From Minisyncoccota bacterium (GTDB lineage: Bacteria > Patescibacteriota > Minisyncoccia > JAHIHE01 > JAGLIN01), in assembly GCA_023137595.1 (NCBI GenBank), contig JAGLOZ010000071.1, positions 1 through 39,386 of the forward strand: DNA of 39,386 nucleotides. Reading direction: 5' to 3'. The notes under the pieces are model-generated. The model saw only the letters and a list, made by a program, of their open reading frames with translations. It did no database searches and was not told the origin of the DNA. This document shows, piece by piece, positions 28,120 through 36,437 of the stretch (within the stretch, counting starts at the first letter, position 1; every line of letters starts with the position of its first letter). A program made the translations under genes and the position numbers.

Positions 28120-28660
28120 GTAAGTTGGAATTGCACCTTGAAAAAAAGATCTCTAAATTTTTTAAATGTCAGGAGTAAATTGAATATAAATAGCAAGCAA
28201 TAGATTTGTTGTGTAATTAGTTTCACAACAAGCCTAAAAATGGTTTCGTTTGTGTTTAGTTTTCTCTTGCTGTTTTTATCGGTTTTCCATAAAATTTTTA
28301 AAATAAAAATAAATAAAACAAAAAATAAAAATAAAAAATAAAAAAACAAGGAAAAAACGAAAAAATGGTTAGAGATACAAACGATTCTTTAAAAATAAAG
28401 AATTGAAACGATCTTTGTTTGAAATTGTTGTTGCGTCACTTGTGTATATTTGTAACATTAGCGGTTTAGTGTTCAAATACACACAAGTGAACATTTTGTT
28501 CTTCCACCCTAGAATAAGAAGGCAACACAAATAGAGATTGTAAAAAGGCCATGAGCCATATAAATCTATATTTGGGCGATAAGGGCCTTTTTAAGCATCT
28601 AATTTTTTTAGTTGTTGTATAAATTTGTTGTTTGTGAAGTTAAAAGGTGTTGAAAAACTA
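28120..28660 (+). ncRNA. Candidate large structured non-coding RNA
   Basis: ORF-free region directly behind the promoter, with nested long-range pairings rich in G-U pairs on the + strand (see findings). Confidence 0.5.
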
Positions 28661-28706
28661 GCAAATTTCTATTTTTTAATTTATAGCATAGGAATTTCAA
28701 TATTTC

Positions 28707-28843
28707 GGAGTCGTGACGAGAGTTGGGAAGTAATTCTAAGGCTCATCAGCCTTTAGGCTGAAAATATCACAATTCTTTTGAAACTCACTAATTTTTTCTA
28801 TGAGTGTAAAATCTTGTGTTCTTACTCACTCTCGTGGGGACTC
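28707..28843. repeat. Imperfect inverted-repeat element
   Basis: GGAGTCGTGACGAGAGT / ACTCTCGTGGGACTCC. It is preceded by AGCATAGGAATTTCAATAT, which is also found inverted at 12166-12184. Confidence 0.6.
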
Positions 28844-28980
28844 CAATTTACACTTCGCGCATGTGCTCAGAGAACCTAATTTTTTTTATTTTTTATTGCC
28901 CAAAAAATCAAATAATGTTATTATATAAATACAGTCAAGCTGTATTTTTTATGTGGATTTATCAGATTAACAATAAATAT

Positions 28981-29352
28981 ATGAACAACAAAAATAGCGA
29001 AAAATTAAAAAAAATTAAAAATAAATTAATTGCCAAAAAGAAATTGATAATTTCTCAGTTACAAAAATTTGCGAAAAAGAATAAAAAAATAAAGGATGAT
29101 TTTAGGACGGAGTTTCCTGATATCGGAGATCATCAAGATGAGAACGCGGATGAAGTTTCTGAATATGAAAACAAACTTTCCGTAGAGCATGAATTGGAGA
29201 ATGAACTCAAGAACATTGAAGGCGCTTTGAAAAAAACTTCAGAAAACACTTATGACATTTGTTCGGCTTGCGGAGAAAAAATAAATCCAAAAAGACTGGA
29301 AGTTATGCCTGAAGCAACATTATGCGTTAAATGCAGTGAAAGGAAAAAGTAA
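28981..29352 (+). CDS. DksA/TraR C4-type zinc-finger protein
   Basis: DENADE coiled-coil tip; CSACGEKINPKRLEVMPEATLCVKC. Start taken at MNNKNS. Confidence 0.9.
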   Translation: MNNKNSEKLKKIKNKLIAKKKLIISQLQKFAKKNKKIKDDFRTEFPDIGDHQDENADEVSEYENKLSVEHELENELKNIEGALKKTSENTYDICSACGEKINPKRLEVMPEATLCVKCSERKK

Positions 29353-29773
29353 AATAATGGATTTTTTTATGTGTAAAAAACAGCAAAGCGTAAGAATTTT
29401 TGTAGTTGTTTTTGTTGTTTTATTTCTAGATCAAATTTGTAAATTAATTGTTTTAGAAAGGTTTGCTGACGTATATTTGAAAAAGAATTACAGCTCTCTG
29501 TTGGGATTATCCGCTAATTTGTATTTATTTTTTTTATTTCTTCTGGCAGTTTTTATATGTTTAAGGAAAGATATTTTTTTAAAAAGTAGCAATGGCTCGA
29601 TGTTTGCTTCTGCTTTGTTGTTTGGAGGAGTTATAAGTAATTCTGTTGATATGTTTTTTCGTGGATATATAATTGATTACATTATTCTTCCAGAATTATT
29701 TTCTTTCAATATTGCTGATTTGGCGATTTGCGCGGGGTCTTTATTGTTGGGGTGGAAGATTTTAAAGAAATAA
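29336..29773 (+). CDS. lspA: Signal peptidase II (divergent)
   Basis: LDQICK, GGVISNSVD..RGYIIDYI and FNIADLAI motifs. Confidence 0.8.
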   Translation: MKGKSKIMDFFMCKKQQSVRIFVVVFVVLFLDQICKLIVLERFADVYLKKNYSSLLGLSANLYLFFLFLLAVFICLRKDIFLKSSNGSMFASALLFGGVISNSVDMFFRGYIIDYIILPELFSFNIADLAICAGSLLLGWKILKK

Positions 29774-29828
29774 TAAATAAATTATTACATTGTTATTCTA
29801 GTAACTAATTCTATTGTTGCTGAAAAAT

Positions 29829-30066
29829 TGTCATGGTGAGTTTGTCGAACCAATAATTAATTGTCATTCTTAAACTTGTTTCAGAATCTTTAAGCTGTTA
29901 AATTGAAACAAGTCTATAAATTACCAATATAGAGTTTATTGCGTTGAATATGACTAGATATAGCAGTTAAAAGATTCTGAACTAAGCTTGTCCTGAGCTT
30001 GTCGAATGGATTCAGGATGACATCTTTTGACAAACCTATCTGTTTGATGGGCAGGCTCAAGACGAT
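29829..30066. mobile_element. Four nested palindromic elements, including a family-A copy (29862-30022)
   Basis: TGTCATGGTGAGTTTGTCGAACC arm; family-A IRs; inserts at 29986-30009 and 30034-30055. Confidence 0.75.
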
Positions 30067-30098
30067 TTAGCAATACAATAATTTAACAATTTAATCTG

Positions 30099-31562
30099 AT
30101 GCCAAAAAAAACACTAACAGTCACATCTTTTATATTCCTGATAATAATTATTTTTAGTGTCGGCTATATTTTGGTAAAAGCCTATCCTAGCTTTAAAACG
30201 CCTTACGTGCAAACAGAAAGTGATAAGCCGATTGAAGTAACTTTGGAGTTTTGGGGGCTTTGGGATAATTCTGATAATTGGGAAGAAATTATAAGAAAGT
30301 TCGAAAATAGAACTTATAATTTTAACGGACGCAAAGTGAATGTTTCCATAAATTATACTAAAAAAGATTTTGGTTCTTATGAAGAGGACATTGCGAAAGC
30401 GAAAGAAAAAAACAATATCCCGAGTATTTTTATGATCAATAATAATTGGTTTGAGAGTTATATTGATCTTCTTGAGCCGTTAGCCGGTAATGACGCTTAT
30501 ACTCAGGAGTATGATCTTATTAGTCATAACGATCTGCTAGACATATTTTCAGCAAGAACACTATTTGACGCGGTTCGTAAAGATCAGCTATATGGAATGC
30601 CTTTGTATTCTGATTCTCTTGCTTTATATTATAATAAAGATCTATTTGAAAAAGCGGGAATAAAAGAGCCGCCAAAGTCGTGGCAAGAATTTAATAAAGT
30701 TGTGAAAAAATTGACCATTCTTGATAATAAAGATGAAATAATCCAAGCTGGCGCGGCGCTTGGAACCGGAGAAAATGTAAGTCGGTCCTCTGATATTTTG
30801 TCTCTTTTGATAATGCAGGGAGGAGGAAGCGTGATAGACAGTGATAGCAAGGTAGACATAAACAAAGAAATAGAGGTGAATATGATCAATGGAACAGAAA
30901 AGAGAACTCCTGGGAAAAGAGGTATAGAATTCTATACGGAGTTTGCAAATTCCAAGAAAGAAATATATTCCTGGAATTCCGATCAGGAGAATTCTATTAA
31001 AGCTTTCGCGGAGGGCAAAGTAGCAATGATGATCGGATATAGCTATCATGTGAAAAATCTATCGGCTATTAACTCTGGTTTAAATTATGGAATATCGCAA
31101 ATGCCTCAGCTTGAGAATTCTACCCCGATAAATTTTTCGAATGTGACGATCCCCGTAGTTTCTAATCTTGGTAATTGCAAGGTTGAGCCGGTTGAATTAT
31201 CTCATGAAGTGGACTGCGCGAAAATTTCCTGGAGCTTTTTGAGCTTTGCTGTTGAAAAAGAGAACTCAAAACAATATCTTGATCTAACAGGCAAAGTCGC
31301 GGCGAGAAAAGATTTGATTCAGGAACAGATTGAAGCAGATGGAGCAGCAAGTATTTTTGCGTCCCAAGCTGAAAGCTCGCAGAGCTATAACAAATTTGAC
31401 GACAAAATTGATAATATTTTAGTTGAGATGATTGATGAAATTAATTTGGAGAGAGAAGAAACAGATAAGATCGTTAATGAAGCGGTTCTGAAAATTGAAA
31501 ATCTCAATCAAGATACAAGAATACAAGAAACAAGGACACAAACAAATTCCAATAATCAATAA
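30099..31562 (+). CDS. Membrane-anchored extracellular solute-binding protein (family 1)
   Basis: TLEFWGLWD, LYGMPLYSDSLALYYNKDLF..AGI.EPPKSW and AFAEGKVAMMIGY motifs. Confidence 0.88.
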   Translation: MPKKTLTVTSFIFLIIIIFSVGYILVKAYPSFKTPYVQTESDKPIEVTLEFWGLWDNSDNWEEIIRKFENRTYNFNGRKVNVSINYTKKDFGSYEEDIAKAKEKNNIPSIFMINNNWFESYIDLLEPLAGNDAYTQEYDLISHNDLLDIFSARTLFDAVRKDQLYGMPLYSDSLALYYNKDLFEKAGIKEPPKSWQEFNKVVKKLTILDNKDEIIQAGAALGTGENVSRSSDILSLLIMQGGGSVIDSDSKVDINKEIEVNMINGTEKRTPGKRGIEFYTEFANSKKEIYSWNSDQENSIKAFAEGKVAMMIGYSYHVKNLSAINSGLNYGISQMPQLENSTPINFSNVTIPVVSNLGNCKVEPVELSHEVDCAKISWSFLSFAVEKENSKQYLDLTGKVAARKDLIQEQIEADGAASIFASQAESSQSYNKFDDKIDNILVEMIDEINLEREETDKIVNEAVLKIENLNQDTRIQETRTQTNSNNQ

Positions 31563-31645
31563 TCAAATTCCGAATTGTTTGATTATTGAAATTTGGTTGT
31601 TGATTATTTTTTGATTATTGTTTCTTGTATCCTTGTATCTTGATT
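31506..31645. repeat. Inverted 7-mer array overlapping the SBP stop codon
   Basis: AATCAAGATACAAGAATACAAGAAACAA versus TTGTTTCTTGTATCCTTGTATCTTGATT (27/28 complementary). Confidence 0.85.
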
Positions 31646-31701
31646 TTTTATTATTCGAAGTATTCTAGCAATATATTCCTTTAATTTATATAAATAATTC
31701 T

Positions 31702-32142
31702 ATGTCCAAATTACTGATCTTCACCGACGGCGGTTCTCGCGGAAATCCTGGTCCTTCCGCGGCAGGTGTTGTTATAAAAAACGATAAAAATGAAATAATT
31801 CTAAAGGTTTCAAAATATATTGGCGAAACCACAAATAATCAAGCGGAATACGAAGCGCTGGTTTTAGCTCTTCAAAAAGCAAAAGGTATTTTTAAGTCGC
31901 ATAAAGTCAAAAAGGGTAATCTGGAATGCTATCTTGACAGTGAGCTGGTGGTCAGACACTTAAATCACGAATATAAAATAAAAGATGAGGGATTACAGCC
32001 GCTTTTTATAAAAGTTTGGAATTTAACACTCGATTTTGATTCTGTGAAATTTTTTCATATCCCGCGAGAGAAAAATAAACTGGCGGATGAAATGGTGAAT
32101 AGGGAATTAGATAGGCAGGAGAGGAATGAAAGTTTGTTTTAA
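31702..32142 (+). CDS. rnhA: Ribonuclease HI
   Basis: FTDGGSRGNPG, TNNQAEYEA, LDSELVV and HIPREKNKLAD motifs. Confidence 0.95.
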   Translation: MSKLLIFTDGGSRGNPGPSAAGVVIKNDKNEIILKVSKYIGETTNNQAEYEALVLALQKAKGIFKSHKVKKGNLECYLDSELVVRHLNHEYKIKDEGLQPLFIKVWNLTLDFDSVKFFHIPREKNKLADEMVNRELDRQERNESLF

Positions 32143-32195
32143 ATTTTTAGGGCTTACGAGTATTTTCGGTTTATATATAATTCAACTCTATGAAT

Positions 32196-32396
32196 TGTCA
32201 TTCTGAACTTGTTTCAGAATCTATTTTCTCTTACGATTAGCCAGGCCCATAAATCACAAAACTTTTAAATGAAGTTGAAAACACAATAGCTGTCATAGAA
32301 AGATAATTGTATTTGCGTTGTAGATGAAAGTATAGTGTTAAATGGCGTAAATTTAACCTAAAACAACAAAGATTCTGAAACAAGTTCAGAATGACA
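32196..32396. mobile_element. Family-A MITE/REP doublet
   Basis: Perfect 27-bp IRs TGTCATTCTGAACTTGTTTCAGAATCT; interior similar to 6912-7121 (e.g. ATTG.ATTTGCGT.GTAGA.GAAAG, TAAATT.AACCTAAAA). Confidence 0.88.
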
Positions 32397-32429
32397 GTTT
32401 AGTGAACTCAGAATAGCGCCGCTGCAAAT

Positions 32430-32457
32430 AAAAACTCCCCAATGAAAGGGAGTTTTT
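32430..32457. terminator. Bidirectional terminator
   Basis: AAAAACTCCC-8 nt-GGGAGTTTTT. Confidence 0.8.
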
Positions 32458-32657
32458 GAAAATAAACTATATTGTAAATTCAAATTTAGGCAGATTAAAA
32501 GAGATGGGGTTTTTTGTTAAGTGAGCGTTAGCTGGTTTGAAGGGTGACCTCCTATTGTATTGTTATTTGATGTGTGATTGGTATTTTTCAAGTTTTTATT
32601 TTTAACAACCTGAAAAATACCAATCATCTACAATCAAACCGCTCTTCCCATCTCTTA
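32430..32657 (-). ncRNA. Candidate ~230-nt rod-shaped sRNA
   Basis: Bounded by a minus-strand promoter (32664-32692) and a terminator; forms a long interrupted hairpin. Confidence 0.55.
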
Positions 32658-32663
32658 ATTACA

Positions 32664-32692
32664 AATATAGCATGTATTTATAATCTTGTCAA
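32664..32692 (-). promoter_or_regulatory. Sigma70 promoter with extended -10
   Basis: TTGACA-17 bp-TATATT, with TG.-extended -10 (TGCTATATT) on the minus strand. Confidence 0.7.
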
Positions 32693-32901
32693 GGGCAGTT
32701 ATCCATAGTACGTGATATGATTTATTATATTGCATAGTGAGTTTAAATTTACACTTTGAAAAAAGTGAACTCCATTTCCGGAGTTCGGGTTTTAATCTGT
32801 AATAATGCGTTGTAAATCTAATTTAAATTATCATATTTCAAAAACCAAACAAAAATTCTTGTTAAAATGTTAGTATGTTAAAATGTTTATATGATTTGGT
32901 C

Positions 32902-32929
32902 TTGACAAATCGGCGATTTTGTATATACT
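32902..32929 (+). promoter_or_regulatory. Probable rnpB promoter
   Basis: TTGACA-16 bp-TATACT. Confidence 0.6.
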
Positions 32930-32939
32930 TAAAAAAGTT

Positions 32940-33096
32940 TAGGGTCTGTCCATAAATAATCTCCACAATTTCATCTCATCTTCACGCCATCTTGGTGTGA
33001 TATGACTCTCAATATATATCAATATCTTTCAATTTTTTTCAAACCAATCTGACATATCTAAGTGAACTTGAGGATATTATTTATGGACGTACTCTA
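32940..33096. mobile_element. MITE with TA-bounded terminal inverted repeats
   Basis: TAGGGTCTGTCCATAAATAAT / ATTATTTATGGACGTACTCTA. Confidence 0.8.
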
Positions 33097-33111
33097 AAAC
33101 GCTTAAGTTTT

Positions 33112-33710
33112 AAGGTGATAAGCTAGATAATCGCCCAGCACCAAGTTTTACAAGATAATTTGTATCAATAAGTTAAACTTAGTTTTACTAAAATAAATTA
33201 TTGAGTAATATTGTAATGTAAAACTTGGTGCGGGGAGGAAAGTCCGAACACCCATCCCGAGTTTTCGGGATGAAGTAGGCAGTTGTTAACGGCAACCGTT
33301 CCGATTACTCGGGATAGGGAAAGTGCCACAGAGACTATACTACCCAGTACCAAGTTTGTGTATTAGTCAGATATTTTATGCAATAATAAACTTATCTTTA
33401 TAATTGCAATCGTGACCATATTAGTATATAGACTTGGTGCTGGGAAAAGGTGAAAAGTTGAATAATGTTCTAAATCGTTTAACGATTTAGGGCTATATTC
33501 TTTCCTTGTCGGTGACGGCAAGTGATGGTAAACCCTGCCTGGTGCAAGAACAAATCCCTTATTTGGGAAAAAAGTGGTTCGCATGACTTTGTCAGCAATG
33601 ACAAAGCTAGATAGATGATTATCACCCCAATTTCTTTCAGAAGCTGAGCTTCCAATTGGAAGCTCAGCTTCTGAAAGAAATTGGGGAACAGAATTCGGCT
33701 TATTGCTTGT
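33112..33710 (+). ncRNA. rnpB: RNase P RNA, expanded to ~600 nt
   Basis: GAGGAAAGTCCGAACAC (33235), GAAAGTGCCACAGA, GGTGAAA, GGTAAACCC..CTGGTGCAAG, AGATAGATGAT and ACAGAATTCGGCTTAT; P1 GGTGATAAGC/GCTTATTGCT. Confidence 0.95.
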
Positions 33711-33859
33711 TGCCTTTGAACTCAAGCGTTTTTTTTGTTGTATAATTTAAATATACTATTGCTCTATCGCTATATTGTTGTTATCATTATTTAATGAATC
33801 TTTGTAATAATGTGATAATTTAGCAACATAACAATGCAACGGTATAATCTTATAATTTT

Positions 33860-35269
33860 ATGAAAAAGTCAGAATTAGTTTTTAACGCGCTTTTAGTCCC
33901 AATAGATTTTTTGATGATAGTTCTTGCGGGAGTGCTTGCGTATTCTTTGAGATTTAGCGTTGAATTTTCAAGTCTTCGGCCGATTGTTTTTGATCTGCCA
34001 TTTAAGAATTTTATGGAGATAGTTTTTGCAATATCTCCTATTTTTATTATATCTTTCGCGCTGATCGGACTTTATAATATGAAGAGTGTCCGAAAATTGT
34101 GGAAAGAAATATTTCAGATTATGATCGGGGTTTCGGCCGGTTTTATGTTTATAATTTTTGCGTCTTTTATGCAGCGGGAAATGTTTTCATCTCGTTTTAT
34201 ATTTTTTGCGGGCTGGTTTTTTGCGATTATAACCGTTGTGATTGGCAGGATCGTTGTTAGAATTATACAGGGCTGGATGGCAAATAAATTTAAATTCGGA
34301 TTTCATAGGCTGGTTTTACTCGGAGAGAACGGAGCCGTAAAAACTATTCAAAAAGAAATTAAACGTAATAAAGTTTTGGGCTACAAAATTGTCAGGAAGC
34401 TCCGAGATTTTAAAGTTGAAGATCTAGAGAGAATATACAAAGATCCCGGCATTGATGAGATAATTTTGTGTTCTACTAATATTAAGGAAGACAGAATTCA
34501 GGAGCTTCTGGATTTTTGTCAGGAAAAAAATATTGATTTTAAATTTGTTCCTGATATGTTTCAGGCGCAAGCGGCTCTATTTGAAATGCAGACTATATCT
34601 GACATAACTTTGATCGAAGTAAAGCGAACTCCTCTTGATGGCTGGGGAAAAATTTTTAAAAGAAGCATAGACATTATCGGATCTCTTTTGGGGCTTATTA
34701 TACTTTCTCCATTTTTTGTTTTTATGGCGATTATCATAAAAATGGACAGTGCTGGACCGGTTTTAGCAAGACTTGAGAGAGTTGCCAGGGGCAAGAAATT
34801 TAAGCTTTACAAGTTTCGTTCTATGATAGAAAATGCTCACGAGATGAAATATGACAAAGACGGAAATCTTAGGTCTGAATTTGCGAGACTTAATGAAAGA
34901 GGTGAGGGTCCTCTTTTCAAGATGAAGAATGATCCTCGTATAACAAAAGTAGGAAGATTTATCAGAAAGACTCGTCTAGATGAATTTCCTCAGCTTATTA
35001 ATGTTCTAAAAGGAGAAATAAGTTTGATTGGTCCTCGTCCGCACGAGCCTGAAGAGGTTGCGAAATATGAGAAGCATCACAAAAAATTATTAACCATCAA
35101 ACCAGGATGCACCGGGATGGCTCAAGTTAGTGGCAGTTCGGGTTTAGATTTTGAAAGAGAAGTAAAACTGGACATTTATTATATTGAAAATTGGTCTTTA
35201 TTTTTAGATCTCATAATTATTATAAAAACCTTGCTTATGTATTTAAGGGGGGATAAGTCGGCGTGCTAG
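33860..35269 (+). CDS. Polyprenyl-phosphate glycosyl-1-phosphate transferase (WcaJ/CpsE-type sugar transferase)
   Basis: N-terminal TMs; KFRSM, DPRITKVGRFIRKTRLDEFPQL, GPRP and DIYYIENWS motifs. Confidence 0.93.
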   Translation: MKKSELVFNALLVPIDFLMIVLAGVLAYSLRFSVEFSSLRPIVFDLPFKNFMEIVFAISPIFIISFALIGLYNMKSVRKLWKEIFQIMIGVSAGFMFIIFASFMQREMFSSRFIFFAGWFFAIITVVIGRIVVRIIQGWMANKFKFGFHRLVLLGENGAVKTIQKEIKRNKVLGYKIVRKLRDFKVEDLERIYKDPGIDEIILCSTNIKEDRIQELLDFCQEKNIDFKFVPDMFQAQAALFEMQTISDITLIEVKRTPLDGWGKIFKRSIDIIGSLLGLIILSPFFVFMAIIIKMDSAGPVLARLERVARGKKFKLYKFRSMIENAHEMKYDKDGNLRSEFARLNERGEGPLFKMKNDPRITKVGRFIRKTRLDEFPQLINVLKGEISLIGPRPHEPEEVAKYEKHHKKLLTIKPGCTGMAQVSGSSGLDFEREVKLDIYYIENWSLFLDLIIIIKTLLMYLRGDKSAC

Positions 35270-35504
35270 TAACTTATAACTTGTAACATATAACGCATAA
35301 CGCAATTTAAAGCATTCAGTTTTTATGCTGTTAACTCTAATTTTCTAGCGTCGTTGGCTCCATACTCTCGTGCGGAGCCGTGTCAAATCATTTAACCATG
35401 ACACTGAAATTCTCTAGAACGTGCTGGACTAATACAAAGAATTTATTAATTTTCATTTTTGTGGTATAATATAAATAAATGTAAATTACCCGTTATTCAC
35501 GACC

Positions 35505-35879
35505 ATGAGATTTGAGCCTTACTCTTCGAAAAAACTTTGTCGTTTTATACCAAGCAGACAAAAGTTATTTTGTTTAATTTCAATTTGTTTAATTTCAATT
35601 TTTGCTTTTCCTGCCTATGCCGTAGGATCTTTCTCATTTCTTGGCAAGCCGGTTGTTGAAATAGTCAATGATATCATAAAATTAATTTTGACATTTGTCG
35701 GAAGAATTTCCTTGTTGGTTCTTATTCTGGGAGGAGTGTTTTATGTAATTTCCGGTTCAAATCCCGAAAGCCAGGAAAAGGCAAAAAAGACTATCGTTTT
35801 CGCGCTTTTGGGCGTTATGCTTGTTTTAGCCTCATATGCAATTCTAATTATAATAGATAAAATAGCTGTTCAGCCGTAA
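35505..35879 (+). CDS. CPR-type pilin (TrbC/VirB2-like)
   Basis: LGGVFYVISGSNPESQEKAKKTI. Confidence 0.85.
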   Translation: MRFEPYSSKKLCRFIPSRQKLFCLISICLISIFAFPAYAVGSFSFLGKPVVEIVNDIIKLILTFVGRISLLVLILGGVFYVISGSNPESQEKAKKTIVFALLGVMLVLASYAILIIIDKIAVQP

Positions 35880-35892
35880 ATTTGCGCTTTGC

Positions 35893-36039
35893 GCCCGCTT
35901 GTCTGATATAGACTGTCTAAAAACTCTTTTGGGTAGGTTGAAGCCATCGCTTCAACCTGTTAAATAAGCCACTTTTAATTTGAGCGAGGGCTCAAATCTA
36001 CCCGAACGCGAACTTTTTTAACAGTCTGGATAGGTAGGT
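35893..36039. mobile_element. Three-level nested element between pilin genes
   Basis: GCCCGCTTGTCT..[AGACTGTCTAAAAA..{GGTAGGTTGAAGC..GCTTCAACC ... ATTTGAGC..GCTCAAATCTACC}..TTTTTAACAGTCT]GGATAGGTAGGT. Confidence 0.7.
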
Positions 36040-36070
36040 ATATGTTTCTGATGTCTTAATTCATAGCACT

Positions 36071-36400
36071 ATGAATATAAAATATATAAAATATTATAGT
36101 AGTTTTGCCGTTTTAGCGCTTTTGGTCTCTGCTCCGGCAAAAGCAATGGAACTGCATTATTTTACCAAAGATATCGCGGAAGTTTTTAATGATTCCACAA
36201 AAATTCTTTTGATATATGCTGGCAGATTAGTTCTTCTTTTCCTCATAATTGGAGGTGTGTATTATGTAATTTCCGGTTCTGATCCTCAAAAGCAGGAGAA
36301 CGCAAAAAAGGTAATTACATACGCGATATTTGGACTTGTGGTTATTCTGATCTCATATGCTGTTATTGTTTCTGTTGGTAAAATTGGCACAACGCCATAA
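36071..36400 (+). CDS. CPR-type pilin (TrbC/VirB2-like)
   Basis: IGGVYYVISGSDPQKQENAKKVI; paralog of 35505..35879. Confidence 0.85.
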   Translation: MNIKYIKYYSSFAVLALLVSAPAKAMELHYFTKDIAEVFNDSTKILLIYAGRLVLLFLIIGGVYYVISGSDPQKQENAKKVITYAIFGLVVILISYAVIVSVGKIGTTP

Positions 36401-36437
36401 ATATTAATAGGTCTAATTTAATGAAACTAATAAAATT

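Noticed and set aside
28107-28349. 80-aa Phe-rich ORF
   Set aside because: It is a translation of the complement of an A-rich tract and lies antisense to the promoter-driven RNA candidate.
27957-28980. oriC (DnaA box TGTGGATAA at 27957-27965 plus an A-rich tract)
   Set aside because: Only one perfect box, no dnaA/dnaN nearby, and the region is better explained by a promoter plus structured RNA. It cannot be fully excluded without GC-skew data.
28816-28980. N-terminal extension of the DksA/TraR ORF
   Set aside because: It starts inside a repeat and is non-protein-like; ATG 28981 gives a normal length.
33363-33725. 120-aa minus-strand ORF
   Set aside because: Antisense to RNase P RNA and runs through palindromic inserts.
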